This document shows, piece by piece, positions 40,266 through 50,038 of a DNA stretch of 64,000 nucleotides. Origin of the DNA: an uncultured delta proteobacterium (GTDB lineage Bacteria; Desulfobacterota; Syntrophorhabdia; Syntrophorhabdales; WCHB1-27); assembly GCA_963810935.1 (NCBI GenBank), contig CAWEPK010000008.1, forward strand, positions 384,001 through 448,000, in the 5' to 3' direction. The notes below the pieces were generated by a model, which was not told the origin of the DNA, did not search any database, and worked only from the letters and a program-made list of their open reading frames with translations. The translations under genes and the position numbers were made by a program. Positions within the stretch are counted from its first letter, which is position 1; the number at the start of each line of letters is the position of its first letter.

Positions 40266-42032
40266 ATGCGGTTGTCCAGGTTTCTGCCCAAAAAGTTCAG
40301 CTCGCGCCTTTTTCTTGTAACGCTTGTCGCCGGTCTCGTCCCGGTCGCCATTTTCGCTGTCCTCATCGATTTTTACGGCGGCCGCATAGAGACAGAGATC
40401 AGGCGGAGCATCGAGAGAGGGTACGAGCACGACGTCTCCCGCAATGGCATGATGCTACGCACAATTGGCGAGGCGTCCGTCTACGGCAGGGTACTGGACA
40501 TCGCGGAGCAGCTCGACATGGTCATCCAGTCGGTACCCTGGATGAGCATATCCGATCTCCAGAAAGACAGCAAATTCAGAGAATTGGCCGTCCAGACCAT
40601 CAGCAGGACCGGCTACACCTTCGTCTTCGAGCCGGACAGGGCAATGGTGCGCTTTCACCGGGACAGGCGGCTGGAAAACAAGGACCTCGCAAACGTTTCC
40701 GGCCGTCTGCCGGACCTCCAAACCATACTGGAAAAGAGCCTCAAGGGACCGGGGACGGTCTGCGGCTACTACAGGCTGCCTGCGGGAGACGGCAGCATCA
40801 TGAAGAGGTTCATATACATCGTCCCCCTCCGCAACACCACCGCCGACCACGTGCGGCTGCTCGTGGCGGCTACGGTCAACGAAGACGATTTTCTGGAGCC
40901 GATAAAGCAGATGGAGGCGGAGCACAACGAGACGAAGCGCTTCCTCCTCAAGGCATCGAAGGGCGTGATAGAGTCATTCAGACATACGGGCCTCGCCTGG
41001 ATGGGCTTCGGCATACTAACCGTCTCTATAATCGCCGCGGTTATGGGGCTCTGCCTGTCGAGGTCCGTAACCCACCTCAGGCGGGCGACGGAAAGGGTCA
41101 ACAGGGGCGATTTATCGACGCCGGTGAAACCGTGCGGCTCGGGCGAGGTCGCTACCCTTGTCACGGATTTTAATACAATGGTGGACCAGCTCGCCCGGAC
41201 GACCGTCTCCAAAGACCTGCTCCAGGCGAGCGAGGCAAGGCTCAGGGAGACGAATGAGAAGCTGAGACGGGAGATCGCGGAGCGCGAGAGGATGGAGGAA
41301 GAGTTGCTGAAGGCGCGCAAGCTCGAATCGCTGGGCGTCCTCGCCGGCGGCATAGCCCACGATTTCAACAACCTCCTCGCAGTGATAATCGGCAACATAT
41401 CTTTGGGAAAAATGTCCTTGGCCGAGGACGATAAGCTACAGGGACGGATGGCAGAGGCCGAGAAAGCATGTCTCAAGGGTAAAGAGCTTACCTACGAGCT
41501 TCTCGCGTTTGCACGCGGCGGGGAGACGCTCCACAGCCTCGTCGAGCCGGCAGCCTTCATAGAGGGATGCGCCCGGTCCTGCCTCGGTGATTCCCGCCTG
41601 AGCGTCTCATACTCTTTTCCGGGACGCCTTCCGGCCATACGCATCAACGAAGGACAGATGCGCCAAGTCATCGAGAGGCTGGTCAGGAACGCGGATGAAG
41701 CGATGCCGGACGGGGGTAGCCTGGAGGTCGGGGCGGAGGCGGTAAGCCTGGATGGAGACAACCCGCTTGCCCTGAGGGAAGGCGACTATGTGCACGTCTA
41801 CTTGCGGGACGAGGGACCGGGCATAGATGCGTCCGGCCTCCGGCGCGTATTCGACCCCTATTTCACCAGCAAGCAGATGGGGCAGGAAAAGGGAACGGGC
41901 CTATCCTTGAGCATCTGTTACTCGATAGTGAGAGACCACGACGGCTCGATTACGGCCGAATCGGGCGAAGGTAAAGGCTGCACCTTCCATATCTACCTGC
42001 CTGCAAGCCGGAACGGGACCGGGCCGGCGTAG
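40266..42032 (+). CDS. membrane sensor histidine kinase (Cache-like + HAMP)
   Basis: Two TM helices, [29 protein letters not shown]. Confidence 0.9.
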   Translation: MRLSRFLPKKFSSRLFLVTLVAGLVPVAIFAVLIDFYGGRIETEIRRSIERGYEHDVSRNGMMLRTIGEASVYGRVLDIAEQLDMVIQSVPWMSISDLQKDSKFRELAVQTISRTGYTFVFEPDRAMVRFHRDRRLENKDLANVSGRLPDLQTILEKSLKGPGTVCGYYRLPAGDGSIMKRFIYIVPLRNTTADHVRLLVAATVNEDDFLEPIKQMEAEHNETKRFLLKASKGVIESFRHTGLAWMGFGILTVSIIAAVMGLCLSRSVTHLRRATERVNRGDLSTPVKPCGSGEVATLVTDFNTMVDQLARTTVSKDLLQASEARLRETNEKLRREIAERERMEEELLKARKLESLGVLAGGIAHDFNNLLAVIIGNISLGKMSLAEDDKLQGRMAEAEKACLKGKELTYELLAFARGGETLHSLVEPAAFIEGCARSCLGDSRLSVSYSFPGRLPAIRINEGQMRQVIERLVRNADEAMPDGGSLEVGAEAVSLDGDNPLALREGDYVHVYLRDEGPGIDASGLRRVFDPYFTSKQMGQEKGTGLSLSICYSIVRDHDGSITAESGEGKGCTFHIYLPASRNGTGPA

Positions 42033-42047
42033 GGGTTGCAAAGGCAG

Positions 42048-42076
42048 AAAAAAAGCCGGGCTGAAAACAGCCCGGC
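42048..42076 (-). terminator. intrinsic terminator of dnaK-lon
   Basis: GCCGGGCTG-tttt-CAGCCCGGC followed by T7 on the minus strand. Confidence 0.8.
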
Positions 42077-42101
42077 CCATTGATTTTACCAGTTTGTCGA
42101 A

Positions 42102-44498
42102 CTATCCCGCTGCGCCTTCTTTAAGCACGCAAAAGTCGCTTGGGCTCGCCACGCCCATGCAGGCGTTGACCGCCTCGTCCACCCTTTCGATGAACTTGAA
42201 CTGCATGTTCGATTTGATGCTCTCCGGCACCTCTTCGAGATCTTTCTCGTTCATCTTCGGCAGCATGACGTTCCTGATGCCCGCCCTGCGCGCAGCAAGC
42301 ACCTTCTCCTTGATACCGCCGACCGGAAGCACCAGCCCGCGCAGCGTGATCTCGCCCGTCATCGCCACGTCGTTCCGCACGGGGCGGTCGGTGAGCAGGG
42401 AAACAAGGGCCATCATCATCGTTATGCCGGCGGACGGGCCGTCCTTCGGTATAGCCCCCTGGGGAACGTGGATATGGAGGTCGCTTTTCTCGAAAATGTC
42501 TTCCGGGATCGTGAAGTCCTGCGCCTTGCTCCTTATGTAGCTCAGCGCGGCCTGCGCCGATTCCTTCATGACGTCGCCGAGTTGGCCGGTAAGGGTCAGG
42601 TTCCCCTTACCCCGCATCTTGGTCGCCTCGATGAAAATGATATCGCCGCCGGTCGGGGTCCAGGCAAGACCGGTCGCCACTCCGGAATACTTAGTCCTTT
42701 CAGCTATTTCAGAGTAATGTTTGATAGGTCCCAGCAGCTTTCTGATGTCGCCGGCGAGGACGTTCGTTTTCTCCGTCTTGCCTTCGGCCACCTCTTGTGC
42801 GACGGCCCGGCAGACTGCCGCGATCTCGCGCTCAAGGTTGCGGACACCCGCTTCCCTCGTGTAAGAGCGTATGATGACCTTCACCGCCTCGTCGTCGAGC
42901 TCGACAAGGTCGCTCGACAGCCCGTGCTCCCCAAGTTCCTTCGGAATGAGGAATTCCTTCGCGATCATCAGCTTTTCCTCTTCCGTGTAACCGGGCAGCT
43001 CAAGGACCTCCATCCTGTCTCTGAGGGCAGGCGGTACGGGGTCCATCAGGTTCGCCGTTGCGATGAACATGACCTTCGACAGATCGAAAGGCACTTCAAG
43101 GTAATGGTCGCTGAACGACCAGTTCTGCTCCGGGTCGAGGACTTCCAGAAGCGCGCTTGACGGGTCGCCCCTGAAGTCCATGCCTATCTTGTCCACCTCG
43201 TCCAGCATAAATACGGGGTTGTTAGAGCCCGACTTCTTTATCCCCTGGATCACCCTGCCCGGCAGGGCGCCTACGTAGGTCCTCCGGTGGCCCCGTATCT
43301 CGGCCTCGTCCCTTATGCCGCCCAGGGATATCCGCATGAATTTCCTTCCCAGTGCGCGGGCAATCGACTTGCCGAGAGACGTCTTGCCGACGCCGGGCGG
43401 CCCCACAAAGCAGAGTATCGGGCCCCGCATGTCAGTCTTGAGCTTCCTGACCGCCAGGTATTCGAGTATCCTCTTTTTCACCTTCTCCAGGTCGTAATGG
43501 TCCTCATTGAGGATCCTCCTGGCGTCCATGATGTTCAGGTTGTCTTCAGTCGAGTACGACCATGGCAGCTCGACAAGCCAGTCGAGATATGTCCTCGCCA
43601 CGGTATACTCGGCGGACATGGTGCTCATCTTCGACAGCCTGTCCAGCTCCTTCTCCGTGACCTTCTGCACGTCGGGGGGCATCTTCGCCTCGCCCATCTT
43701 CCTGCGCAGCTCGTCTATCTCGGTGTACCGCTCGTCGGCCTCGCCCAGCTCTTTCTGGATCGCCTTGAGCTGCTCCCTGAGGTAGTATTCCCGCTGTGTC
43801 TTGTCGATCCCTTCCTTGATGTGCGACTGTATCTTCGTGGAGAGCTCGAGCGTCTCAAGCTCCCTGTTGAGCATGATCGTGACCTTCTTCAGCCTCTCTT
43901 TCAGGTCGATCTTCTCCAGCACTTCCTGCCTCTCGGCGACGCTTATGTTGATCGTCGATGCTACCAGGTCCGCCAGGTTCCCCGGGTTCTCTATTTTCGT
44001 GGCAATCTGCGCAAGCTCCGAGGAGAGGTAAGGCGCGATCTCGACCGCCTTCTTGTAGAGGTTCTTCAGGTTGATGTACATCGCGTCGATCTCGATGTCC
44101 TTCTGGTATTCCTCGAAGATCGGAAGAATGCGCGCCCTGAAGTGCGGCTCCCTCTGCGTGAACTCGACGAGCTTGAACCGGGCCAGCCCCTGCACCACGA
44201 TCCTCTGGCTGCCGTCCACCATCTTAACCATTTTCATGATCGTGGCAACGGTGCCTATGGTGTAGAGGTCCTCCTGCTCGGGATCCTCGATGTCCGGGTT
44301 CTTCTGCGTTAAAATTGCCATGAGCCTGTCCTTGCCCATGGCCTCGTCTATCAATCTTATGGACCGCTCCCTGCCGACTACCAGCGGCACAATAAGGTCG
44401 GGATAAGCCACAGTACCGCGCAGAGGCAGAACGGGCACCTCCGCGGGAATGAACAGCTTGTCCTTTACAGTCCTATCACTCTTAAAGCCGATAACCAT
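42102..44498 (-). CDS. lon: Lon protease
   Basis: GPPGVGKTS, GHRRTYVGA, PKDGPSAG, VGGIKEK. Confidence 0.97.
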   Translation of the reverse strand: MVIGFKSDRTVKDKLFIPAEVPVLPLRGTVAYPDLIVPLVVGRERSIRLIDEAMGKDRLMAILTQKNPDIEDPEQEDLYTIGTVATIMKMVKMVDGSQRIVVQGLARFKLVEFTQREPHFRARILPIFEEYQKDIEIDAMYINLKNLYKKAVEIAPYLSSELAQIATKIENPGNLADLVASTINISVAERQEVLEKIDLKERLKKVTIMLNRELETLELSTKIQSHIKEGIDKTQREYYLREQLKAIQKELGEADERYTEIDELRRKMGEAKMPPDVQKVTEKELDRLSKMSTMSAEYTVARTYLDWLVELPWSYSTEDNLNIMDARRILNEDHYDLEKVKKRILEYLAVRKLKTDMRGPILCFVGPPGVGKTSLGKSIARALGRKFMRISLGGIRDEAEIRGHRRTYVGALPGRVIQGIKKSGSNNPVFMLDEVDKIGMDFRGDPSSALLEVLDPEQNWSFSDHYLEVPFDLSKVMFIATANLMDPVPPALRDRMEVLELPGYTEEEKLMIAKEFLIPKELGEHGLSSDLVELDDEAVKVIIRSYTREAGVRNLEREIAAVCRAVAQEVAEGKTEKTNVLAGDIRKLLGPIKHYSEIAERTKYSGVATGLAWTPTGGDIIFIEATKMRGKGNLTLTGQLGDVMKESAQAALSYIRSKAQDFTIPEDIFEKSDLHIHVPQGAIPKDGPSAGITMMMALVSLLTDRPVRNDVAMTGEITLRGLVLPVGGIKEKVLAARRAGIRNVMLPKMNEKDLEEVPESIKSNMQFKFIERVDEAVNACMGVASPSDFCVLKEGAAG

Positions 44499-44512
44499 TT
44501 AGTTGTACCTCC

Positions 44513-46444
44513 CTACTTCTTGACGTCCTCGAATTCGACGTCTACGACATCGTCATTGCCCCGACCACCCGACTGGGTGCGGGCCTCCTGTTGCTGCTGC
44601 CCCGGCCCCGGCTGCCCCTGCCCCTGCTGGGGGCCGCCAGCCGTCGTCTGTTTGTAAAGGACCTCGGCCAGCTTGTGGGATGCCTTCGTCAGCTCGTCCA
44701 TTGCAGACCTCATCTTGTCCAGGTCTCCAGTCTTCAGGGCTTCTTTGGCCGCATCTATCGTGCCCTGGGCGGACTGCGCGTCTTCGGCGCTTATCTTGTC
44801 TTTGCTGTCACTGAGCGTCTTTTCCGTCCCGTAAACCAGATTGTCGAGGTGGTTGCGCAGCTCGATTTCCTCTTTCTTCCTCCGGTCTTCCTCCGCATGC
44901 ATCTCTGCGTCTTTCACCATCTTCTGGATATCGGACTCGCTCATGCCTGTAGATGCCGTTATGGTGATCTTCTGCTCCTTGCCCGTCGCCATGTCTTTGG
45001 CGGATACGTGGAGGATGCCGTTCGCGTCGATATCGAAAGTGACCTCTATCTGGGGCATGCCCCTTGGCGCAGTCGGAAGGCCGATCAGGTGGAACCGCCC
45101 GAGTGTCCTGTTATCCCTCGCAAGCTCGCGCTCTCCCTGGAGCACGTGTATCTCGACGCTCGTCTGGTTGTCTTCGGCCGTCGTGAATACCTGGCTCTTC
45201 CGGGTCGGGATGGTCGTGTTCCTGTCGATGATCTTCGTCAGTACGCCGCCAAGCGTCTCGATGCCCAGTGAAAGGGGCGTGACGTCGAGGAGCAGCACGT
45301 CCTTTACCTCGCCTGCTAAAACGCCCGCCTGCACGGCCGCGCCGAGTGCCACGACCTCGTCCGGGTTGACGCCCTTGTGCGGCTCCTTGCCGAAGAACTC
45401 CTTCACCATCTCCTGCACCTTGGGTATCCTGGTCGAGCCTCCGACAAGGACCACCTCGTTTATGTCGGACGGCTTCAGCTTGGCGTCGGCAAGCGCCTTC
45501 TTGCTGGGCTCCATTGTCCTCTGGAAGAGGTCTTCCGAAAGCTGCTCGAGCTTCGCCCTCGTCAGCTTCATGTTCAGGTGCTTGGGGCCCGTCTGGTCGG
45601 CGGTTATGAAGGGCAGGTTAATCTCCGTCTCCATAGTCGTCGAAAGCTCGATCTTGGCGCGCTCCCCCGCTTCTTTGAGCCTCTGCAGGGCCATCTTGTC
45701 CTTCGACAGGTCGATGCCCTGCTCTTTCTTGAACTCGTCCTCGATCCACTCCATAACTCTCTGGTCTATGTCGTCGCCGCCAAGGTGCGTGTCGCCGTTC
45801 GTCGATTTCACTTCTACAACGTTGTCGCCCACTTCCAGGATCGATACGTCGAAGGTGCCTCCGCCGAAGTCGTAGACCGCGATTGTCTCGTTCTTCTGCT
45901 TATCAAGCCCATACGCAAGGGCCGAAGCTGTAGGCTCGTTGATGATGCGAAGCACGTTGAGACCGGCTATCCTGCCGGCATCTTTCGTCGCCTGCCTCTG
46001 AGAGTCGTTGAAGTAGGCAGGCACCGTGATAACTGCGTCCTCAATAGTCTGCCCTAGATAATTTTCGGCAGATTTCTTCAATTTCTGAAGGACAAAGGCC
46101 GATATCTCCTGGGGCGTGTACGCCTTCCCCCTCGCCTCGACCCTCACAAGGCCGTTCTGGTCGGAGACTATCTTGTAAGGTATGCGTTTGCTCTCTTCCT
46201 GTACCTCACTGTATCTCCTGCCCATGAACCTCTTTATAGAAAAAATCGTATTCTCCGGGTTGGTGATCGCCTGCCTTCTCGCAACCTGCCCTACCAGGAC
46301 TTCTCCGTCTTTCGTGAAAGCTACTACGCTGGGCGTAAGCCTGCTTCCCTCTTCATTTATGATAACCTTCGGCTCGCCGCCCTCCATAATGGCGACGACC
46401 GAAAAAGTTGTCCCCAGATCGATTCCTATTACTTTCTTTGCCAT
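44513..46444 (-). CDS. dnaK: chaperone DnaK
   Basis: [44 protein letters not shown]. Confidence 0.98.
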   Translation of the reverse strand: MAKKVIGIDLGTTFSVVAIMEGGEPKVIINEEGSRLTPSVVAFTKDGEVLVGQVARRQAITNPENTIFSIKRFMGRRYSEVQEESKRIPYKIVSDQNGLVRVEARGKAYTPQEISAFVLQKLKKSAENYLGQTIEDAVITVPAYFNDSQRQATKDAGRIAGLNVLRIINEPTASALAYGLDKQKNETIAVYDFGGGTFDVSILEVGDNVVEVKSTNGDTHLGGDDIDQRVMEWIEDEFKKEQGIDLSKDKMALQRLKEAGERAKIELSTTMETEINLPFITADQTGPKHLNMKLTRAKLEQLSEDLFQRTMEPSKKALADAKLKPSDINEVVLVGGSTRIPKVQEMVKEFFGKEPHKGVNPDEVVALGAAVQAGVLAGEVKDVLLLDVTPLSLGIETLGGVLTKIIDRNTTIPTRKSQVFTTAEDNQTSVEIHVLQGERELARDNRTLGRFHLIGLPTAPRGMPQIEVTFDIDANGILHVSAKDMATGKEQKITITASTGMSESDIQKMVKDAEMHAEEDRRKKEEIELRNHLDNLVYGTEKTLSDSKDKISAEDAQSAQGTIDAAKEALKTGDLDKMRSAMDELTKASHKLAEVLYKQTTAGGPQQGQGQPGPGQQQQEARTQSGGRGNDDVVDVEFEDVKK

Positions 46445-46483
46445 GTTCTCCTCCCGAAATTTTTATACCCGCAAGACAACTCT

Positions 46484-46512
46484 AATATAATCCGCCCCCC
46501 TAAGCTTGTCAA
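46484..46512 (-). promoter_or_regulatory. candidate dnaK promoter
   Basis: TTGACA-N17-TATATT on the minus strand. Confidence 0.6.
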
Positions 46513-46616
46513 CAAACGGAAACCTCGCAATAACCAAGGAAAATAGCCACTTTTTCCCATTCCGGAGACCGTTGTTCCCATCGCCTGCGGGGAGGGGAAC
46601 GACAAAGGCGGTGATG

Positions 46617-46787
46617 CTACGCTTCGTCCGGACTCTCGATGAGGCCTCTGACGAAGTGGTCCATTATCCTCAAGTCGTCAATATCGCCGTTCTCGCCGGT
46701 GCCTGCCTTGCGTTTCATCCCCGCACCCATAGGACCCTGCCCGCCGCCGGGCTCGACATCCCTAAGATCGTCATGCACTCCGCTCAT
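46617..46787 (-). CDS. unannotated 56-aa acidic, Gly-rich small ORF downstream of the Trp attenuator
   Basis: GGAGG-N7-ATG; MSGVHDDLRDVEPGGGQGPMGAGMKRKAGTGENGDIDDLRIMDHFVRGLIESPDEA*; below the ORF-track size cutoff. Confidence 0.55.
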   Translation of the reverse strand: MSGVHDDLRDVEPGGGQGPMGAGMKRKAGTGENGDIDDLRIMDHFVRGLIESPDEA

Positions 46788-46799
46788 TGCGCTTCCTCC

Positions 46800-46934
46800 A
46801 AATAAAAAAGCCGCTTTCAGGCTTTTCAGGGCCTAAAAGCGGCTAAAAAAAACCGCCTAAACCCCCGGGTCCAACTACCCCAGGGCTTAAGCGGTCCTTC
46901 TCACCGGGATAGCTGGTTAGCTACCCCACCACCA
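46800..46934 (-). promoter_or_regulatory. tryptophan-type transcription attenuator with two tandem terminators
   Basis: 1:2 stem GGGGTAGCT/AGCTATCCC; 2:3 antiterminator CCAGCTATCCCGG/CTGGGGTAGTTGG; 3:4 terminator 46895-46852 + T8; second terminator 46844-46809 + TTTTTATTT. Confidence 0.85.
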
Positions 46935-46976
46935 CACGTTAGACATCGTGTTCAAATCGAGTGGACCTAAATTCAT
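46917..46976 (-). CDS. Trp-rich leader peptide MNLGPLDLNTMSNVWWWGS
   Basis: Three consecutive TGG codons (46934-46926) abutting stem 1; ATG 6 nt after the -10 box; second in-frame ATG at 46946. Confidence 0.85.
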   Translation of the reverse strand: MNLGPLDLNTMSNVWWWGS

Positions 46977-46982
46977 ACACTG

Positions 46983-47012
46983 TTTATATCATTGAGCGAG
47001 ACTGCGTGTCAA
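46983..47012 (-). promoter_or_regulatory. sigma70 promoter of the leader
   Basis: TTGACA-N18-TATAAA with extended -10 TGn. Confidence 0.75.
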
Positions 47013-47161
47013 ACAATTCTTTTTCGGGGCCGAAGAGATTTTCGTGCAGACCGCGAAGCGCGACGTTCTTCACGGGGTCCGAAGCCGCTGTCTTCTTGCC
47101 CAGTCTCTCCGAGATAAAGCTGACAACCAGATTATTGAGGCTCACACCTTCTATCTCGCTT
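46984..47161 (-). pseudogene. 3' remnant of a HicB-like/RHH antitoxin gene
   Basis: ESEIEGVSLNNLVVSFISERLG resembles the EGVSLN HicB C-terminal motif; no start or N-terminal part. Confidence 0.5.
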
Positions 47162-47485
47162 TCACGCAATAGCATCGAGGCCCTTTTCCCGCACCAGTGT
47201 GAGCAGCTTAAGGGAAGGGCCCTGAGGATGTTTTTCACCCCTTTCCCATTGACTCACCAGGCTCACGGTTACGTTAAGGTAGCTGGCAAACACGGCCTGG
47301 CTGACGCCGGCCCGCTTTCTCACCTGAGCAATCTCCTCGGGAGAGAGCTCCTCAACGGGCGTCAGGCACGATGCATCGAAATCACGCATCGTCTTCGCGT
47401 CTACCAGTCCGATTCTGTGCAGGCCGGCCGCTGTCTCGTGCGCGGCAGCCAAAGCATCGGTCCTATATCTCTTTTTCACCGTCAT
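47162..47485 (-). CDS. HTH XRE antitoxin (HigA-like)
   Basis: MRDFDASCL, VSQAVFASYLNV, SQWERGEKHP.GPSLKLL; GGAGG SD; ATGA overlap with the toxin. Confidence 0.9.
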   Translation of the reverse strand: MTVKKRYRTDALAAAHETAAGLHRIGLVDAKTMRDFDASCLTPVEELSPEEIAQVRKRAGVSQAVFASYLNVTVSLVSQWERGEKHPQGPSLKLLTLVREKGLDAIA

Positions 47486-47850
47486 AGGCTTACCTCCTCC
47501 ATTTCGCCTTCCCTCAAAGCCTTGTCCATATCCCCGTCAGTGAATGCCAAGAAGATTTCCGCCAACTTCCTGTAAGCATCCAGCTCTAGGGGGCTCAAAT
47601 CAGCTTTTGCGCTCTTGGCAAAGCCGAATACGAACACCGACCGGTACCCGGTTCGCCAGACGATGATCGTCCTGTAGCCGCCTCTCTTACCCTCACCGGT
47701 GCGGCCCACACGTTTCTTGATGAGGCCTTTTCCCAGCTCTCCATCGTTCAGGCCGCTTTCTATCTCCCGGATGGCCGCCTTTAACGTGCTGTCGTCGATA
47801 TGTTCCTTACGGGCAAACCGCGCAAACCACTTCGTCTTGAATATCCGTAC
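47482..47850 (-). CDS. RelE/ParE-family toxin (HigB-like) with GTA in place of the start codon
   Basis: GGAGG-tcct-GTA then RIFKTKWFARFARKE...LGKGLIKKRV...GKRGGYRTI...FGFAKS. Confidence 0.82.
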   Translation of the reverse strand, partial: VRIFKTKWFARFARKEHIDDSTLKAAIREIESGLNDGELGKGLIKKRVGRTGEGKRGGYRTIIVWRTGYRSVFVFGFAKSAKADLSPLELDAYRKLAEIFLAFTDGDMDKALREGEMEEVSL

Positions 47851-47876
47851 AGGACCTCCGGGAACATTTTCAGCAT

Positions 47877-47905
47877 ATTATATAGCACTCTGTGCTATAA
47901 TACAA
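47877..47905 (-). promoter_or_regulatory. toxin-antitoxin promoter with palindromic operator
   Basis: TTGTAT-N17-TATAAT; TATAGCAC-tct-GTGCTATA (47881-47899) covers the spacer. Confidence 0.8.
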
Positions 47906-48005
47906 GGGCCTCGCACCACTCTCCGCAAACCCAACTCGCCGATATCTTGACCCCCGATGTCAATAGTGGACGCGAAAGGCGCGAAAAGAGCCCAGGCCCT
48001 TACCC

Positions 48006-48464
48006 TTATATGCCATTTTCCTTGTGTAGCAGAATCGCATACTCGAAACCATCTATTAACGCCAGAAACGCGGCCTTATTAATATTCTCCGACGTCGCGG
48101 CCACGCTCCATATCTCCTTGCCGTCCGTAAAGATCGCCGACACCTGCACCATCGAGGACGTGCCCGCCTTCGTATCATGCACGCTCGAAGTAAAGTCCAC
48201 CAGTTTCAATTCCCCGATAAACGGGAAGATGGAGACAAGGCATTTCTTCAGCACGCTAGCCAGCGCGTCGACAGGGCCGACGCCCGTCGCGGCCTCGTGC
48301 ATCTGCATGTGGTCGGCCTTTATGCTCACCGTGGCCTCCGGCCGGTGGCCGTCGTCCACGAGCCTGTACGAGCCCAGCAGCTCGAAGGGCTTCACGTAGC
48401 TGTCCAGGGCCCGAAGGATACTCAACTCTTTGGTGGCGTCCCGCATCTTCATCAGACGCTTCAT
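48006..48464 (-). CDS. stand-alone LeuA/CimA allosteric (regulatory) domain protein
   Basis: [51 protein letters not shown] parallel the CimA C-terminus. Confidence 0.82.
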   Translation of the reverse strand: MKRLMKMRDATKELSILRALDSYVKPFELLGSYRLVDDGHRPEATVSIKADHMQMHEAATGVGPVDALASVLKKCLVSIFPFIGELKLVDFTSSVHDTKAGTSSMVQVSAIFTDGKEIWSVAATSENINKAAFLALIDGFEYAILLHKENGI

Positions 48465-50038
48465 GCCTTTTTCTCCTCCTCCAGAAGCAGCTTGTAGTCG
48501 ATGCTGTCAACGAGGGCCTGCCAGCTTGCCTCTATGACGTTCACCGATACGCCGACGGTCTCCCACGTGCGGACGCCGTCGCTCGATTCGATGAGCACCC
48601 TTATCACCGTGCCGGTACCTTCCTTTGTAGAGAGCGCCCGGACCTTGTAGTCCACGAGCGTCATCGTGCGCAGGACGGGGTAGAACTTGTAGAGGGCCTT
48701 CCGCAGCGCGCCGTCGAGGGCGTTGACCGGGCCGTTGCCGAAGGCCGCTGTGTGCTCCACCCTGTCGCCCACCTTCAGCATAATGCTCGCCTCCGACGGG
48801 GTAAGGCTCTTCTCCTGCTTTTCTGCAAGCACACGGAAGCCGATCAGGTCGAAGAACTTCTTATGGACGCCCATCGCCCGCTTCATGAGCAGCTCCAGGG
48901 AGGCCTCCGCGCTCTCGAACTTGAATCCGCCGTGTTCCAGCTCCTTTACCCGCTTCAATACTTCCCTGGCCGCCTTCCTGTCCTTCTCCATGTCGAGGCC
49001 GAATTCTTTTGCCTTCGCGAGTATGCTTCCCTCGCCGGACAGGTCGGACACCAGAACCCTCTGGCTGTTGCCGACGAGGGCCGGGTCTATGTGCTCGTAC
49101 GTGGCCGGGTTCTTCCTGATCGCGCTTACGTGGATGCCCCCCTTGTGGGCGAACGCCGAGTCCCCCACGTACGGGCGGTGCTTGTCGGGAATGAGGTTGG
49201 CGACTTCATCGACGAATAACGACAGGTCGCGCAGGGCGGCCAGCCGCCCGGCGTCGATGCCCTCGCATCCCATCTTGAGGACGAGGCTCGGGATGACCGA
49301 ACAGAGGTTCGCGTTGCCACACCGCTCCCCATAGCCGTTGATCGTGCCCTGAGCGTGGACGCACCCCGATTTCACCGCCTGGAGCGTATTGGCGACTGCC
49401 ATCTCCATGTCGTTGTGACAGTGGATGCCCAGCTTAACCTGCACAGAGTTCCTTACTTCTTCTATGATGGAGCCTATCTCGAAGGGCATCGTGCCGCCGT
49501 TCGTGTCGCAGAGCACCACCACGTCGGCCCCGGCCTCCTCAGCCGCTTTCACGGTCTTGAGCGCATACTGCCGGTTGCGCTTGTAGCCGTCGAAGAAGTG
49601 CTCCGCGTCGAAGAAGACGGTCCTGCCTCTCTCCTTCAGGTAGCGTACAGTCCCTTCGATCATTTTCAGGTTCGTGTCCAGGCCCACTTTGAGTACGTCC
49701 CTCACGTGGAGGTCCCAGCTCTTGCCGACGACGGCCGCGTGCTCCGCCTCAACGGAAAGCAGGGACCGCATAACATCGTCGTTTTCCGGGTCGGAAAGCG
49801 CGTTCGGCTTCAAAGTGCTGGAGAACGCCACGATGCGGGCGTGCCTGAGACGGAGCTTTCTCACCTCGTCGAAATATTCGAGATCTTTGGGGTTCGAGCC
49901 CGGCCAGCCGCCTTCGACGAAATCCATCCCGAAGTCATCCAGCTTCTCGGTGATCCTCAGCTTGTCATTTACCGAGAAGGCGATGTCTTCCGACTGCGCG
50001 CCGTCTCTCAGGGTGGTGTCGTAAAAAATGACCTTCAC
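48461..50038 (-). CDS. cimA: citramalate synthase
   Basis: [52 protein letters not shown]. Confidence 0.93.
   Translation of the reverse strand: MKVIFYDTTLRDGAQSEDIAFSVNDKLRITEKLDDFGMDFVEGGWPGSNPKDLEYFDEVRKLRLRHARIVAFSSTLKPNALSDPENDDVMRSLLSVEAEHAAVVGKSWDLHVRDVLKVGLDTNLKMIEGTVRYLKERGRTVFFDAEHFFDGYKRNRQYALKTVKAAEEAGADVVVLCDTNGGTMPFEIGSIIEEVRNSVQVKLGIHCHNDMEMAVANTLQAVKSGCVHAQGTINGYGERCGNANLCSVIPSLVLKMGCEGIDAGRLAALRDLSLFVDEVANLIPDKHRPYVGDSAFAHKGGIHVSAIRKNPATYEHIDPALVGNSQRVLVSDLSGEGSILAKAKEFGLDMEKDRKAAREVLKRVKELEHGGFKFESAEASLELLMKRAMGVHKKFFDLIGFRVLAEKQEKSLTPSEASIMLKVGDRVEHTAAFGNGPVNALDGALRKALYKFYPVLRTMTLVDYKVRALSTKEGTGTVIRVLIESSDGVRTWETVGVSVNVIEASWQALVDSIDYKLLLEEEKKA

Noticed and set aside
47881..47899. 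TAGCACTC resembling a CIRCE half-site near dnaK
   Set aside because: The spacing is 3 nt, not N9. It lies in the toxin promoter 1.4 kb from dnaK and is better explained as the TA operator.
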